A stretch of 64,000 nucleotides of DNA, from contig QFPW01000013.1 in the NCBI GenBank assembly GCA_003241785.1, positions 53,420-117,419 on the forward strand. The letters run 5' to 3'. Positions 8,964 to 17,839 of the stretch are shown piece by piece. Numbering within the stretch: position 1 is the first letter of the stretch; the number at the start of each line of letters is the position of its first letter. A program made the translations under genes and the position numbers. The notes below the pieces were generated by a model. That model had not been told where the DNA came from. It ran no database searches and saw only the letters and a program-made list of their open reading frames with translations. Origin of the DNA: Rhodovulum sulfidophilum. GTDB taxonomy: Bacteria > Pseudomonadota > Alphaproteobacteria > Rhodobacterales > Rhodobacteraceae.

Positions 8964-8966
8964 GCG

Positions 8967-9884
8967 ATGCCGCGGGGACCGGAGGCCGACGCGCTCTTCA
9001 CCGAAGCCTTCGATCTCGCGATCCTGCTCCAGGAGGCGCCGACGCCGGAACGGCTTGCCGCGGCGCGCGCCTGGATCGCGCGCGGGCCGGACCACGCCGC
9101 GGTCTGGGCCGAGGTGATGGAGATCCACGGCATGGCGGGCAGCGTCCTCGCCGGGCGCCGGCGCGCGCGGCGCGCCGTGACGACCCGGCGCGCGGTGCTC
9201 GCCACCGGGCTCGCCGGCCTCGCCGCCGCCGGGGCCTGGCGGCTGGGGCCCGAGGCGCTGGCGCGGCTGCGCGCGGATGTGACGACCGCGACGGCCGAGG
9301 TGCGCCGGCTCGTCCTGCCCGATGGAACCGTGGCGGTGCTCGGCCCCGAAACCGCGCTCGCCCTCGCCTTCTCCCCCGCCGCGCGCGGCGTAAGGCTGCT
9401 CGCCGGGATGGGCTTCTTCGAGGTGGCGCCGGACCCGGCCGGGCGGCCTTTCTCCGTCGTGGCCGGGACCACGCGGACGCGGGCCGGGGACGCCGCCTTC
9501 GAGATCCGCGCCGACCAAGACCCCGCCTTCGTCGCGGTGGCGCGGGGCGAGGTCGCGCTTTCGGGCGCGGCCGGGACGGTCACGCTCGGCCCCGGCGAGG
9601 CGGCGCGGGGCGGTCCGGGGGGCGGGCTCGCCCGCCTCGGGACCGAAGTCGCGGACTGGCGCTCCGGGATCGCCGTCGCGGATGAGGAGCCGGTCGCGGC
9701 GCTCGCCGCGCGCATCGCGCCCTGGCGCGCCGGGCCGGTGCTGGTCCGGCCCGGCATCGCCGGCCGCCGGGTGAGTGGCGTCTTCGACCTCACCCGGCCC
9801 GAGGCCGCGCTCGACGCCGTGGTCCGGCCGTTCGGCGGCCGCGTGCGGCGGCTCGGCCCCGTTGCCCTGCTCTCGGCGGGATAG
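8967..9884 (+). CDS. FecR-family anti-sigma factor / transmembrane sensor
   Basis: The 305-aa ORF has an N-terminal anti-sigma helix region and a single TM segment (VLATGLAGLAAAGAW). A periplasmic FecR block follows (LPDGTVAVLGPETALAL...GMGFFEV). Confidence 0.8.
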   Translation: MPRGPEADALFTEAFDLAILLQEAPTPERLAAARAWIARGPDHAAVWAEVMEIHGMAGSVLAGRRRARRAVTTRRAVLATGLAGLAAAGAWRLGPEALARLRADVTTATAEVRRLVLPDGTVAVLGPETALALAFSPAARGVRLLAGMGFFEVAPDPAGRPFSVVAGTTRTRAGDAAFEIRADQDPAFVAVARGEVALSGAAGTVTLGPGEAARGGPGGGLARLGTEVADWRSGIAVADEEPVAALAARIAPWRAGPVLVRPGIAGRRVSGVFDLTRPEAALDAVVRPFGGRVRRLGPVALLSAG

Positions 9885-10022
9885 GAAGCGGCGCCGGAGA
9901 AAAGTTCGGCGCCGGGCTGAAAATCCCGGGGTCGGATTCGTAGGGGGAGGCAGAGGGACCGGCTACCCACGGCGACCAGGCATGTCCGCCCTTCCACCAA
10001 GAAGACGCACGGGACAGATGAC

Positions 10023-12443
10023 ATGCCATATCGAACGAAATCGGGGGTACTCGGCGCCCTCCTGATGGGCGCGGCCCTGGGCGGCGCGATCGCGCTTCCC
10101 GCGGTCCCCTCCCCCGCGCGCGCGCAGGCGAGCGGGCAGCGGACCTTCGCGATCCCGCCCGGCCCGCTCGGCGCCGCGCTGACCACCTTCGGCCTCCAGG
10201 CGCCCGCCCAGGTCTCCTACCTGCCCGAGACGGTCACCGGGCTGACGACGCCGGGCGTGACCGGCAGCTACCCGCCCGGGGAGGCGCTCGGCCTCCTGCT
10301 CGAAGGGACCGGCCTGCTCTATGACCTCGCCCCGGACGGCAGCGCCGTGGTGCGCGCGCCCGGCGCCGGGGCCGAGCCCGAGGACGGCGCCTTCATGCTC
10401 GGCACGATCGACGTCTCGGGCGCCTCGGCGAGCGAGGGGACCGGCAGCTATCTCTCGGTCGGGCTCAGCGCCGTGACCGGCCTGCCGCTCACGCTGCGCG
10501 AGACACCGCAATCGGTGACGGTGATGACGCAGCAGCGCATCGAGGACCTCCAGCCCGACACGATCCGCGACACGATCACCGACGCGGTCGGCATCACCAC
10601 CAACCGCCAGGGGATCGGCGGCGACAGCGGCACCGCGATCTATTCGCGCGGCTTCCAGATCGAGAACTACCTCGTCGACGGCATCCCGAACGGGCTGAGC
10701 ACCAGCGGCGCGACCGAGGCCTCGCCCCTGATCTACGACCGGGTCGAGATCGTCCGGGGCTCGGCGGGGATGATGAGCGGCATCGGCTCGCCGGCGGCGA
10801 CGGTGAACATGGTCCGCAAGCGGCCGACCGCCTTCCCCCAGGTCATCGTCGACGCCGAGGCCGGCAGCTGGTCCCGCGCGGGGCTGACGGCGGATGTCTC
10901 GGGGCCGCTCAACCCGGCGGGCACGCTGCGCGGCCGGATCGTGGCGAGCGACCTGCGGCAGGAGAGCTACGTCGATCTCTACACGCGCGAGGATCAGGTG
11001 ATCTACGGCGTGGCGGAATTCGACCTCACCGACAGCACCGTGCTGACGGCCGGCGCGAGCTACCAGAAGATCTTCGAGGACGCGCCGCAGCGGACCGGCT
11101 ATCCGCTGCGCTTCGCGGATGGCTCGCCGACCGACTTCGGGCGCACGCTCAACGGCGCGCCGGACTGGACCTACTACCAGAAGGAGGCGACCAACCTCTT
11201 CGTCGACGTGCTCCACGAATTCGACAACGGCTGGACCGCGAAGGCCGAGCTCAGCCACGCCCGCTTCCAATACGACGCGATCAGCTACTATCTCGACGGC
11301 GCCGAACTCCAGCCCGACGGAACCGGCGCCACGATCTGGCCGACGCGCTGGATCGGCGACGAGAGGCAGACCTCCTTCGACGCGCGCGCGAGCGGTGACT
11401 TCACGCTGTTCGGCCGGACCCACGAGCTCGCCTTCGGCGTCTCGGCCGCGACCCAGGAGAACAAATCGCCCGACTACGGCGGCTGGCTCGGGCCCTGGAC
11501 CGGCTTTCCCGGCGCGATCGACGACATCTTCGCCTGGCGCGGCCACGGCATGGCGGAGCCCGAATTCACCAAGGTCGGAAGCTCCGGCGGCGAGGAGCAC
11601 AGCTACAGCGCCTTCGCGAGCACCCGGCTGTCGCTCGCCGATCCGCTGCACCTGATCGCGGGCGTCCGCGTCATCGACTGGGAACGCGAGGCCTGGTCGA
11701 CCGACGACGCGAGCGGCGTCACGACGCGGAGCACGCAGAAGGAGGACCTGCTGCCGGTTCCCTTCCTCGGCCTCACCTATGACGTGACCGACCGGCTTTC
11801 CGTCTACGGCAGCTTCACGCGCGTCTTCGCGCCCCAGCAGTACTGGGCCCAGGACGTCAACGGCGACCAGCTCGATCCGATGCGCGGCCAGAGCTACGAG
11901 CTCGGCGCCAAGATGGATGTCACCGACGGGCTGATGGTCACGGCGGCGGTCTATCGCACCGACCAGGACAATCTCGCCGTCTACAACGAGACGACCCAGG
12001 CCTATGAGGCGCTCGCGGGCGTCACCACGACCGGCGGCGAGCTCGAGCTGACCGGGCAGATCACCGACCGCTGGCAGGCCAACGCGGGCTATGCCTACAC
12101 GATCAGCGAGAACGCCGACGGGGCGCGCGCCGTGACCTGGATCCCGGAGCACAGCGTGAAGCTCTTCACGACCTATGCGATGCCGGGCGCCCTGACCGGG
12201 CTGACGCTCGGCGGCGGGCTGACCTGGCAGAGCGAGACGAGCGACGATCTCGAGGGCGGCTATCCGGTGCAGCCGGCCTATACGCTCGCGAGCTTGCTCG
12301 CGCGCTACGATGTCAACGAGAACCTGCGCGCCAGCCTGCGGGTCAACAACCTCTTCGACGAGACCTACTACACCGGCATCAGCGACTATGGCGTCTATGG
12401 CGCGCCGCGCAACGTGGTCCTCACGCTTACCGCGCGGTTCTGA
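10023..12443 (+). CDS. TonB-dependent siderophore receptor with N-terminal signalling (STN) domain
   Basis: The 806-aa ORF has a signal peptide ending ARAQA and an STN-like block (FAIPPGPLGAALTTFGLQAPAQVSYLPE...LLEGTGLLYDL). The plug reads ETPQSVTVMTQQRIEDL, and the C-terminus NLFDETYY...VVLTLTARF ends in Phe. Confidence 0.9.
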   Translation: MPYRTKSGVLGALLMGAALGGAIALPAVPSPARAQASGQRTFAIPPGPLGAALTTFGLQAPAQVSYLPETVTGLTTPGVTGSYPPGEALGLLLEGTGLLYDLAPDGSAVVRAPGAGAEPEDGAFMLGTIDVSGASASEGTGSYLSVGLSAVTGLPLTLRETPQSVTVMTQQRIEDLQPDTIRDTITDAVGITTNRQGIGGDSGTAIYSRGFQIENYLVDGIPNGLSTSGATEASPLIYDRVEIVRGSAGMMSGIGSPAATVNMVRKRPTAFPQVIVDAEAGSWSRAGLTADVSGPLNPAGTLRGRIVASDLRQESYVDLYTREDQVIYGVAEFDLTDSTVLTAGASYQKIFEDAPQRTGYPLRFADGSPTDFGRTLNGAPDWTYYQKEATNLFVDVLHEFDNGWTAKAELSHARFQYDAISYYLDGAELQPDGTGATIWPTRWIGDERQTSFDARASGDFTLFGRTHELAFGVSAATQENKSPDYGGWLGPWTGFPGAIDDIFAWRGHGMAEPEFTKVGSSGGEEHSYSAFASTRLSLADPLHLIAGVRVIDWEREAWSTDDASGVTTRSTQKEDLLPVPFLGLTYDVTDRLSVYGSFTRVFAPQQYWAQDVNGDQLDPMRGQSYELGAKMDVTDGLMVTAAVYRTDQDNLAVYNETTQAYEALAGVTTTGGELELTGQITDRWQANAGYAYTISENADGARAVTWIPEHSVKLFTTYAMPGALTGLTLGGGLTWQSETSDDLEGGYPVQPAYTLASLLARYDVNENLRASLRVNNLFDETYYTGISDYGVYGAPRNVVLTLTARF

Positions 12444-12445
12444 CA

Positions 12446-12480
12446 CGCCGCCGCGCCGGGCCGCTCCCGGCGCGGCGGCG
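12446..12480 (+). terminator. Perfect 15-bp GC hairpin immediately after the receptor gene
   Basis: CGCCGCCGCGCCGGG, loop ccgct, CCCGGCGCGGCGGCG. It starts 3 nt after the stop at 12443 and has no U-tract. Confidence 0.5.
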
Positions 12481-12612
12481 CCGATACCGATCTCCCGGTC
12501 ATCCGGCGGGGTCGGTCGCTCACAAGCTTCGTCGCCTACGGACGCGCTCGGGAACCAAAACGCACCCGCCCCGATTGCGTCACCGGAGACTCATGCCGTC
12601 CCGGAGGCGAGC

Positions 12613-13341
12613 TTGGAACAGATCTGGCGGTCCTTCCTGAGCGCGGATATCGGGCTTCCGATGATCGCGAGCCTGCTGACGGGCGTGCTGATCGGCCTCG
12701 AGCGCGAAGCCCGGGGAAAGGCGGCGGGGCTCCGGACGCACGCGCTCGTCTGCTTCGCCTCGACGCTGGTCATGCTCGCCTCGGCGCGCCAGGCGGAATG
12801 GCACGTGGCGTTCATTCCCGGCGGGACCATCGTCGCCGACCCCGGTCGCATGGCGCATGGCGTCCTGACCGGGATCGGATTCCTCTGCGCCGGCGTCATC
12901 TTTCGCGAAGGCGCCTCGGTGCGTGGACTGACGACGGCCGCGTCGCTCTGGGCGACCGCGTCGATCGGCCTTCTCTACGGCGTCGGATTGTACTGGCTCG
13001 CCGTGAGCGGCACCATCCTGACGCTTCTCGTCCTGTCGCTCCTCCGGTTGATCCAGTCCCTGATGCCGCGGCGCATCGACGCGCGCCTGGTCGTGGTGAC
13101 GCGGGCGGGCGGCGGGCTCTCGGCCGGCGCGCTGCGCGAAATCCTGAGCGCGCGGAACCTGCGCGTCGGCGCCATGGCGTGGGACTCGACGGGCGCGGCG
13201 GGCCATCTCGAACTCAGCGCGCGGACCTGGTTCAGCGACGAGCATCAGGCGGACGAGCTCGCGGCGCTGATCGCCGCGACCCCGGGCGTGATCGGCTTCG
13301 CCATCATTCCAGCGCGGGACGATGGCTCGGCGGTCACCTAG
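12613..13341 (+). CDS. mgtC: MgtC/SapB-family membrane protein
   Basis: Family blocks are LLTGVLIGLEREARGKAAGLRTHALVCFAS and GIGFLCAGVIFREG, with an ACT-like C-terminal domain. The first in-frame ATG is at 12661. TTG at 12613 gives a more typical N-terminus, so the start is uncertain. Confidence 0.75.
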   Translation: MEQIWRSFLSADIGLPMIASLLTGVLIGLEREARGKAAGLRTHALVCFASTLVMLASARQAEWHVAFIPGGTIVADPGRMAHGVLTGIGFLCAGVIFREGASVRGLTTAASLWATASIGLLYGVGLYWLAVSGTILTLLVLSLLRLIQSLMPRRIDARLVVVTRAGGGLSAGALREILSARNLRVGAMAWDSTGAAGHLELSARTWFSDEHQADELAALIAATPGVIGFAIIPARDDGSAVT

Positions 13342-13359
13342 ATACATGGATCCCGGGGA

Positions 13360-14997
13360 TCACTGAGGGATCCCGATGACGGGCTCGGCCGCCGTCACGG
13401 AAGATCCGTCCGCGCGGGCCGGCGTCTCCGCCGCGAGGGCGCGGAGCGCGGACCAATAGCGCGCGGCGGGCATGGTCTCGGCGCGCGCCCGCGCGGCGAG
13501 CCGGGCGTAGCGGGCCGGATCGGGGGCGCGGTCGGCGGCGGCGCCGAGGCGCGCCCAGGCGAAGCCGAGCGCGACGGTCGCGGTCAGCTTCATGAAGGCA
13601 TGCGCCGCCGCCTCCGGCCGTTCGGCCGCGAGCTGCGCGCGGCGCGCCTCCTGCCAGAGCCCGAGCGGCCCGGCGATCTCCGGCGCCTCCGCCATCAGCG
13701 CCGCGAAGGCCTCGGCCCCGGCGCCCCCGGCGTGGGTCAGGCCGCGGGTGGCGAGCGCCCGGGCATGGATGCCGTTCGCGCCTTCGTAGATCGCCGTCAC
13801 CCGCGCGTCGCGCCAGGTCTGCTCGACCCGGTACTCGCGCAGATAGCCATAGCCGCCGAGGATCTGGATCGCGAGATCGGCGGCGGAGATCCCCGCCTCG
13901 GTGCAGAGGACCTTGCAGACCGGGGTCAGGAAATCGACGAGCGGCGTGTCGCCCCGGGCGGCGAGCTCGACCTGGGCGATCTGCGCGAGGAGACGCCCGC
14001 CGAGCGCCGCGATCTCGGCGGTGTCGAGCATCCGCGCCACGTCGGCGTGCGCCCCGATCGGGGCGCCGCCCTGGCGCCGCTCGGCGGCGTAGCGCCGGGC
14101 GACGTCCACCGCCCGCGCCGCGTGCGCCACGCCCTGCGCCGCCACGTCGAGCCGGGCGTGGTTCATCATGGTGAACATCGCGCGGAGCCCGCCCCCCTCG
14201 GCGCCGATGATCTCGGCCGGCGCGCCCTCGAAGGCGAGCTGGCAGGTCGGGGAAGCGTGGAGCCCCATCTTCTCCTCGATCCGTGTCACCGCGACCGGCG
14301 TCCGCGCGCCCGAGGCGTCGTGCGAGGGCACGAGAAAGAGCCCGAGGCCGCGGGTGCCCGAGTCCGCCGCCCCGGTCCGCGCAAGCACGAGATGCAGGAT
14401 GCGCGGCGTCAGATCCTGGTCGCCGCCGGAGATGAAGATCTTCTCCCCCGCGATCCGCCAGGCGTCGCCGTCCCGGATCGCCCGGGTCCGGAGCCCGGAG
14501 AGATCCGACCCGGCGCCGGGCTCGGTGATCGCCATCGTCGCGAGCCATTCGCCGGAGGCGAGGCGCGGCAGCCAGCATGCCTTCTGCGTCTCCGTGCCGA
14601 AGGCGAGGATGGTGCGCGCGGCGCCGGGAACGAGCGCCGTCACCATCTGGAGCGCGTGGTTCGCCCCGGCGAAGATCTCGCTCGCCGCGCCGAGCAGCGG
14701 ACCGGGCAGGCCCTGGCCGCCCCGATCCTCCGGCAGGCCGATCGCGTGCCAGCCCTGCTCGACCAGCGCGGCCCATGCGGCCGCGAAGCCTTCGGGCATC
14801 GTCACGCGCCCCGCCTCGAGCCGGCAGCCCTCGCGGTCGCCCGGCTCGTCGAGCGGGGCGATCTCGCCCTCGGCGAACCGCGCGAACTGGGTCAGCACCT
14901 CGCGCGCGAGCTCCTCGTCCCAATCCGGCAGCCGGCCGGCCCCGGCGAGATCGAGCGCGAAGAGGATGTCATCGACGGGCGCCTGAAACGCGATCAT
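13360..14997 (-). CDS. Acyl-CoA dehydrogenase (long, about 545 aa form with C-terminal extension)
   Basis: ACAD N-terminal, middle and C-terminal blocks are present (GWHAIGLPEDRGGQGLP; ITEPGAGSDL; IFISGGD; IYEGANGI). Confidence 0.85.
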   Translation of the reverse strand: MIAFQAPVDDILFALDLAGAGRLPDWDEELAREVLTQFARFAEGEIAPLDEPGDREGCRLEAGRVTMPEGFAAAWAALVEQGWHAIGLPEDRGGQGLPGPLLGAASEIFAGANHALQMVTALVPGAARTILAFGTETQKACWLPRLASGEWLATMAITEPGAGSDLSGLRTRAIRDGDAWRIAGEKIFISGGDQDLTPRILHLVLARTGAADSGTRGLGLFLVPSHDASGARTPVAVTRIEEKMGLHASPTCQLAFEGAPAEIIGAEGGGLRAMFTMMNHARLDVAAQGVAHAARAVDVARRYAAERRQGGAPIGAHADVARMLDTAEIAALGGRLLAQIAQVELAARGDTPLVDFLTPVCKVLCTEAGISAADLAIQILGGYGYLREYRVEQTWRDARVTAIYEGANGIHARALATRGLTHAGGAGAEAFAALMAEAPEIAGPLGLWQEARRAQLAAERPEAAAHAFMKLTATVALGFAWARLGAAADRAPDPARYARLAARARAETMPAARYWSALRALAAETPARADGSSVTAAEPVIGIPQ

Positions 14998-15010
14998 CGG
15001 TGTGCTCCGT

Positions 15011-15883
15011 TCATGAAAGCCGCAGCAGTCGCGCGGCGTTGTCCTTGAGAATGGCCGGGCGCGCGTGGTCCCGGATCGGCAGCGCCTCGAATTCGGCGAG
15101 CCAGCCCTCGGGCCGGATCATCGGCCAGTCGGAGCCGAACAGCACCCGGTCGCGCAGCAGGGTGTTGGCGTACTGGATCAGGATCGGCGGGAAGTACTTC
15201 GGCCGCCAGCCCGAGAGGTCGATCCAGACGTTGGGCTTGTGCACCGCGACCGCGAGCGATTCCTCCTGCCAGGGGAAGGAGGGATGCGCCGCGATGATCG
15301 GCATGTCGGGAAAATCGACCGCGACGTCGTCGAGATGCATCGGATTGGAGTATTTGAGCCGCATCCCGTTGCCGCCGCGCATCCCCGCTCCGACGCCGGT
15401 CTGACCGGTGTGGAAAAGCGCGGGCACACCGCTTTCCGCGATCGCCTCGTAGAGCGGATAGGCCAGCCGGTCGTTCGGGTAGAACCCCTGCATGGTCGGG
15501 TGGAACTTGAAGCCCCGGACGCCGTGGTCGGCGACGAGGCGCCGCGCCTCGCGCGCGCCGGCCCGGCCCCGCGCCGGGTCGATCGAGCCGAAGGGGATCA
15601 GGATATCCGCGTGCGCGGCCGCGAGGTCCGCCAGTTCGAAATTGTCGTAGCGGCGAAATCCCGTCTCGCGCTCGGCGTCCACGGGAAAGATGACGGCGGC
15701 GATGCCCTGCTCGCGGTAGTGCGCCGCCGTTTCCGGCAGGGTCGGCGGATGCGCCCAGGGCGCGTTGAAGTATGTCGCCATCGCCGATTGCAGGTCGGCG
15801 TAGCCGTCATCGGGGTGGCACCCGCAAGGCTCCTCGGCATGGGTGTGGAAGTCTATGGCGCGGATCTTCGCGAGATCGATCAT
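15011..15883 (-). CDS. Amidohydrolase-2 (ACMSD/LigI/LigW-type) family protein
   Basis: The internal start MIDLAKIRAIDFHTHAEE (HxH) is preceded by GAGGGAGGA. Downstream blocks are FKFHPTMQG and LFGSDWPM (conserved Asp). The Arg/Pro-rich N-terminal extension in the 403-aa ORF was rejected. Confidence 0.8.
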   Translation of the reverse strand: MIDLAKIRAIDFHTHAEEPCGCHPDDGYADLQSAMATYFNAPWAHPPTLPETAAHYREQGIAAVIFPVDAERETGFRRYDNFELADLAAAHADILIPFGSIDPARGRAGAREARRLVADHGVRGFKFHPTMQGFYPNDRLAYPLYEAIAESGVPALFHTGQTGVGAGMRGGNGMRLKYSNPMHLDDVAVDFPDMPIIAAHPSFPWQEESLAVAVHKPNVWIDLSGWRPKYFPPILIQYANTLLRDRVLFGSDWPMIRPEGWLAEFEALPIRDHARPAILKDNAARLLRLS

Positions 15884-15963
15884 CCCTGTCCTCCCTCGGA
15901 CATCCCGCGAGGGACGCCGCCTGGTCCGGCCCCGCCCGGGATGGGCGGGGCCGGGTCGTGTGG

Positions 15964-17172
15964 TCACTCCGCCGCGAGGGCCAGCTGGCGGGTCCGGCGC
16001 AGGATGAGCGCGACCGTGGCGACGCCGGCGAGGGCCGCGATCGGCATGATCGCGTAGAGCACCTGCGTCGGCCCGAGCCCCTGGGCGAGCAGCGCGCCGG
16101 CGAAGAGCGGTCCCGCGATCGAGCCGAACCGGCCGATCGCGACGGCGAGCCCGACGCCCGTGCCCCGCACCTCGGCCGGGTAGCACTGCGGCGCGACGCC
16201 GTAGAGCAGCGCCTGGGCGCACAGGATCGTGCCGCCGACGAGCGCGCCCGCGGCGAGCGCCGCGCCCATGCTGCCGCCCGGGATCACGCTCAGGATCAGG
16301 AGCGCGGCGATCAGCGCGGCGAAGCAGCCGGCCGTCGAGGTCGCCGGACGCTCGCCGTCGAGCAGGCGCCCGCCGATCACGCTGCCGACGGCGCCGCCGA
16401 GGTTGAAGGCGATCTGCACCAGCGATGCCTGGCTCCGCTCGAAGCCCAGCGAGACGATCAGCTGCGGCAGCCAGTTCAGCAGCAGGTAGACCACGAGCAG
16501 GCCGAAGAAGAAGCCGCCCCAGAGCAGGAGCGTCGTCATGGTCGATCCGGGCGCGAACAAGGCCTGCCAGCGGCTGGTCGGCACGGCGGCGTCATGCGTC
16601 ACGCGCAGCGGGGGGAGCATCCGGTAGAGCGGGACGACGAGGAGCAGCGGCAGGATGCCGCCGACGACGAAGATCGACTGCCAGTCCTCGTGCAGGCCCA
16701 TCATCGCGACGAGGCTCGCGATCGCGCCGCCGATCGGGACGCCCGCGTACATGATCGCGACCGCGCGCCCCCGGCGCTCCGGCGTGGTCGATTCGGCCGC
16801 GATCGAGACGAGATTCGGCAGGGCGCCGCCGAGGCCGACGCCGGTCAGGAAACGCATGACGACGAGATGCTCGAAGGTTCCGGCGAGGGCGGTTCCGAGC
16901 GAGAAGATACCGAAGGCGACGAGCGCGAGCGCGAGGCCGGCGCGGCGGCCCCAGCGGTCGGCGATCACCCCGCCCGCCAGCGCGCCGAAGATGAGGCCGA
17001 AGGTGGCGGCGGAGAAGAAGACGCCCATCTGCGCCGGTTCGAGTCCGAAGGCGGGGGCGAGCTTCGGCGCGGCGACACCGGCCGCCTGCAGGTCGAAGCC
17101 TTCGATGACGGCTGCGAGGGTCGCGAGCGCGAGCGCCCGCGTCCCCGCACCGCCGTGCGAGGTCGTGTTCAT
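15964..17172 (-). CDS. MFS transporter, aromatic-acid:H+ symporter-like
   Basis: The 402-aa protein has about 12 TM segments and MFS motif A (GVIADRWGRRAGL). It sits between the marR and amidohydrolase genes. Confidence 0.8.
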   Translation of the reverse strand: MNTTSHGGAGTRALALATLAAVIEGFDLQAAGVAAPKLAPAFGLEPAQMGVFFSAATFGLIFGALAGGVIADRWGRRAGLALALVAFGIFSLGTALAGTFEHLVVMRFLTGVGLGGALPNLVSIAAESTTPERRGRAVAIMYAGVPIGGAIASLVAMMGLHEDWQSIFVVGGILPLLLVVPLYRMLPPLRVTHDAAVPTSRWQALFAPGSTMTTLLLWGGFFFGLLVVYLLLNWLPQLIVSLGFERSQASLVQIAFNLGGAVGSVIGGRLLDGERPATSTAGCFAALIAALLILSVIPGGSMGAALAAGALVGGTILCAQALLYGVAPQCYPAEVRGTGVGLAVAIGRFGSIAGPLFAGALLAQGLGPTQVLYAIMPIAALAGVATVALILRRTRQLALAAE

Positions 17173-17248
17173 GAGAAGCCTCCCAAAATGCCGCCTTTGG
17201 CGGCGGTTATGATTTGGACCGGCCGGCGACGCCGGCCGTCTTCGGGCG

Positions 17249-17695
17249 TCAGTCCTCTCGCCAGACCCTGGCGAGCAGCCGCACCAGCAGCGCCCGTTCT
17301 TCCGGATCGAGCGCGCCGAAGGTGCGCTCCTCCTGCGCCACGACGCGCGCGCGCCAGCCCGCGACCGCCGCGGCGCCTTCCGGCGACAGATGCAGCCGCT
17401 GGATCCTGTGGTCCTCCCGGTCGGGCCTGCGCTCTATCAGCCCGCGCGCGTCGAAATCGGCGAGCATCGGCGCGAGATTGGCTCGCTGCAGCCGCGCCTC
17501 GCGCCCGATCTCGGCCGCGGTGATCCCGGGGGTTTCGTCGATCAGGCAGAGCACGGTGAACGGCACCGGCTTGATCGCGTCGCCGAGCGCCGAGGCGAAG
17601 CATGCGAGGTCGTGGATCGAGGCGCGCCGCAGGTGATAGCCGATCAGATCCCCGAGCCTGGCGCGCGTGAGCTCGTCGAGCCGCTGATCCGTCAT
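17249..17695 (-). CDS. MarR-family transcriptional regulator (hydroxycinnamoyl-CoA-responsive type by context)
   Basis: The start MTDQRLDELTRARL is preceded by GGAGGCGGAGGA. The winged HTH reads ITAAEIGREARLQRANLAPMLADFDARGLIERR. It is divergent from vdh-ech-fcs. Confidence 0.85.
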   Translation of the reverse strand: MTDQRLDELTRARLGDLIGYHLRRASIHDLACFASALGDAIKPVPFTVLCLIDETPGITAAEIGREARLQRANLAPMLADFDARGLIERRPDREDHRIQRLHLSPEGAAAVAGWRARVVAQEERTFGALDPEERALLVRLLARVWRED

Positions 17696-17744
17696 CCTCC
17701 GCCTCCCCAAGATATGCGCGGAACGCAAATCCGCCCCTTGCCAA

Positions 17745-17789
17745 TTGCATACTGTTATGAGATATAGCAGTCAATCGCTATCTTGCATA
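17745..17789. promoter_or_regulatory. Candidate MarR operator region (repeat TTGCATA x2 flanking imperfect palindromes)
   Basis: TTGCATA occurs at 17745-17751 and 17783-17789. Between the copies lie CTGTTAT-gagat-ATAGCAG and ATAGC-n8-GCTAT. This is the AT-rich core of the marR/vdh divergent intergenic region. Confidence 0.4.
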
Positions 17790-17839
17790 GCGAGCGACCG
17801 GCCCCCGGATGGAGGGGCCCGCGAAGGGAGAAGGCCCCG

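Noticed and set aside
9963-12446. An 827-aa ORF lies exactly antisense to the TonB-dependent receptor. Similar long mirror ORFs occur elsewhere, for example 7836-9518(-), 5683-7593(-), 36439-38925(-), 43121-45166(+), 47993-50113(+), 55619-58441(+) and 61176-62783(-).
   Set aside because: Their translations are Arg/Gly/Pro/Ala/Asp-rich low-complexity strings with no family motifs. Each is the reverse complement of a gene with clear homology-type motifs. In very GC-rich DNA, stop codons are rare in antisense frames, so these are compositional artefacts rather than overlapping genes.
15884-16222. Long N-terminal extensions in the ORF track. Examples are the 403-aa form of the amidohydrolase, the 388-aa DctP, 527-aa PrpD1, 448-aa TctC2, 561-aa QOR, 493-aa permease, 434-aa SBP, 342-aa amidase, 938-aa L1 and 459-aa cupin.
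   Set aside because: The extensions are Arg/Pro/Gly-rich, overlap the upstream gene in another frame and lack RBSs. Internal ATGs with Shine-Dalgarno-like sequences, or with 4-nt overlaps, give N-termini typical of the families, such as signal peptides or HxH motifs at the expected distance.
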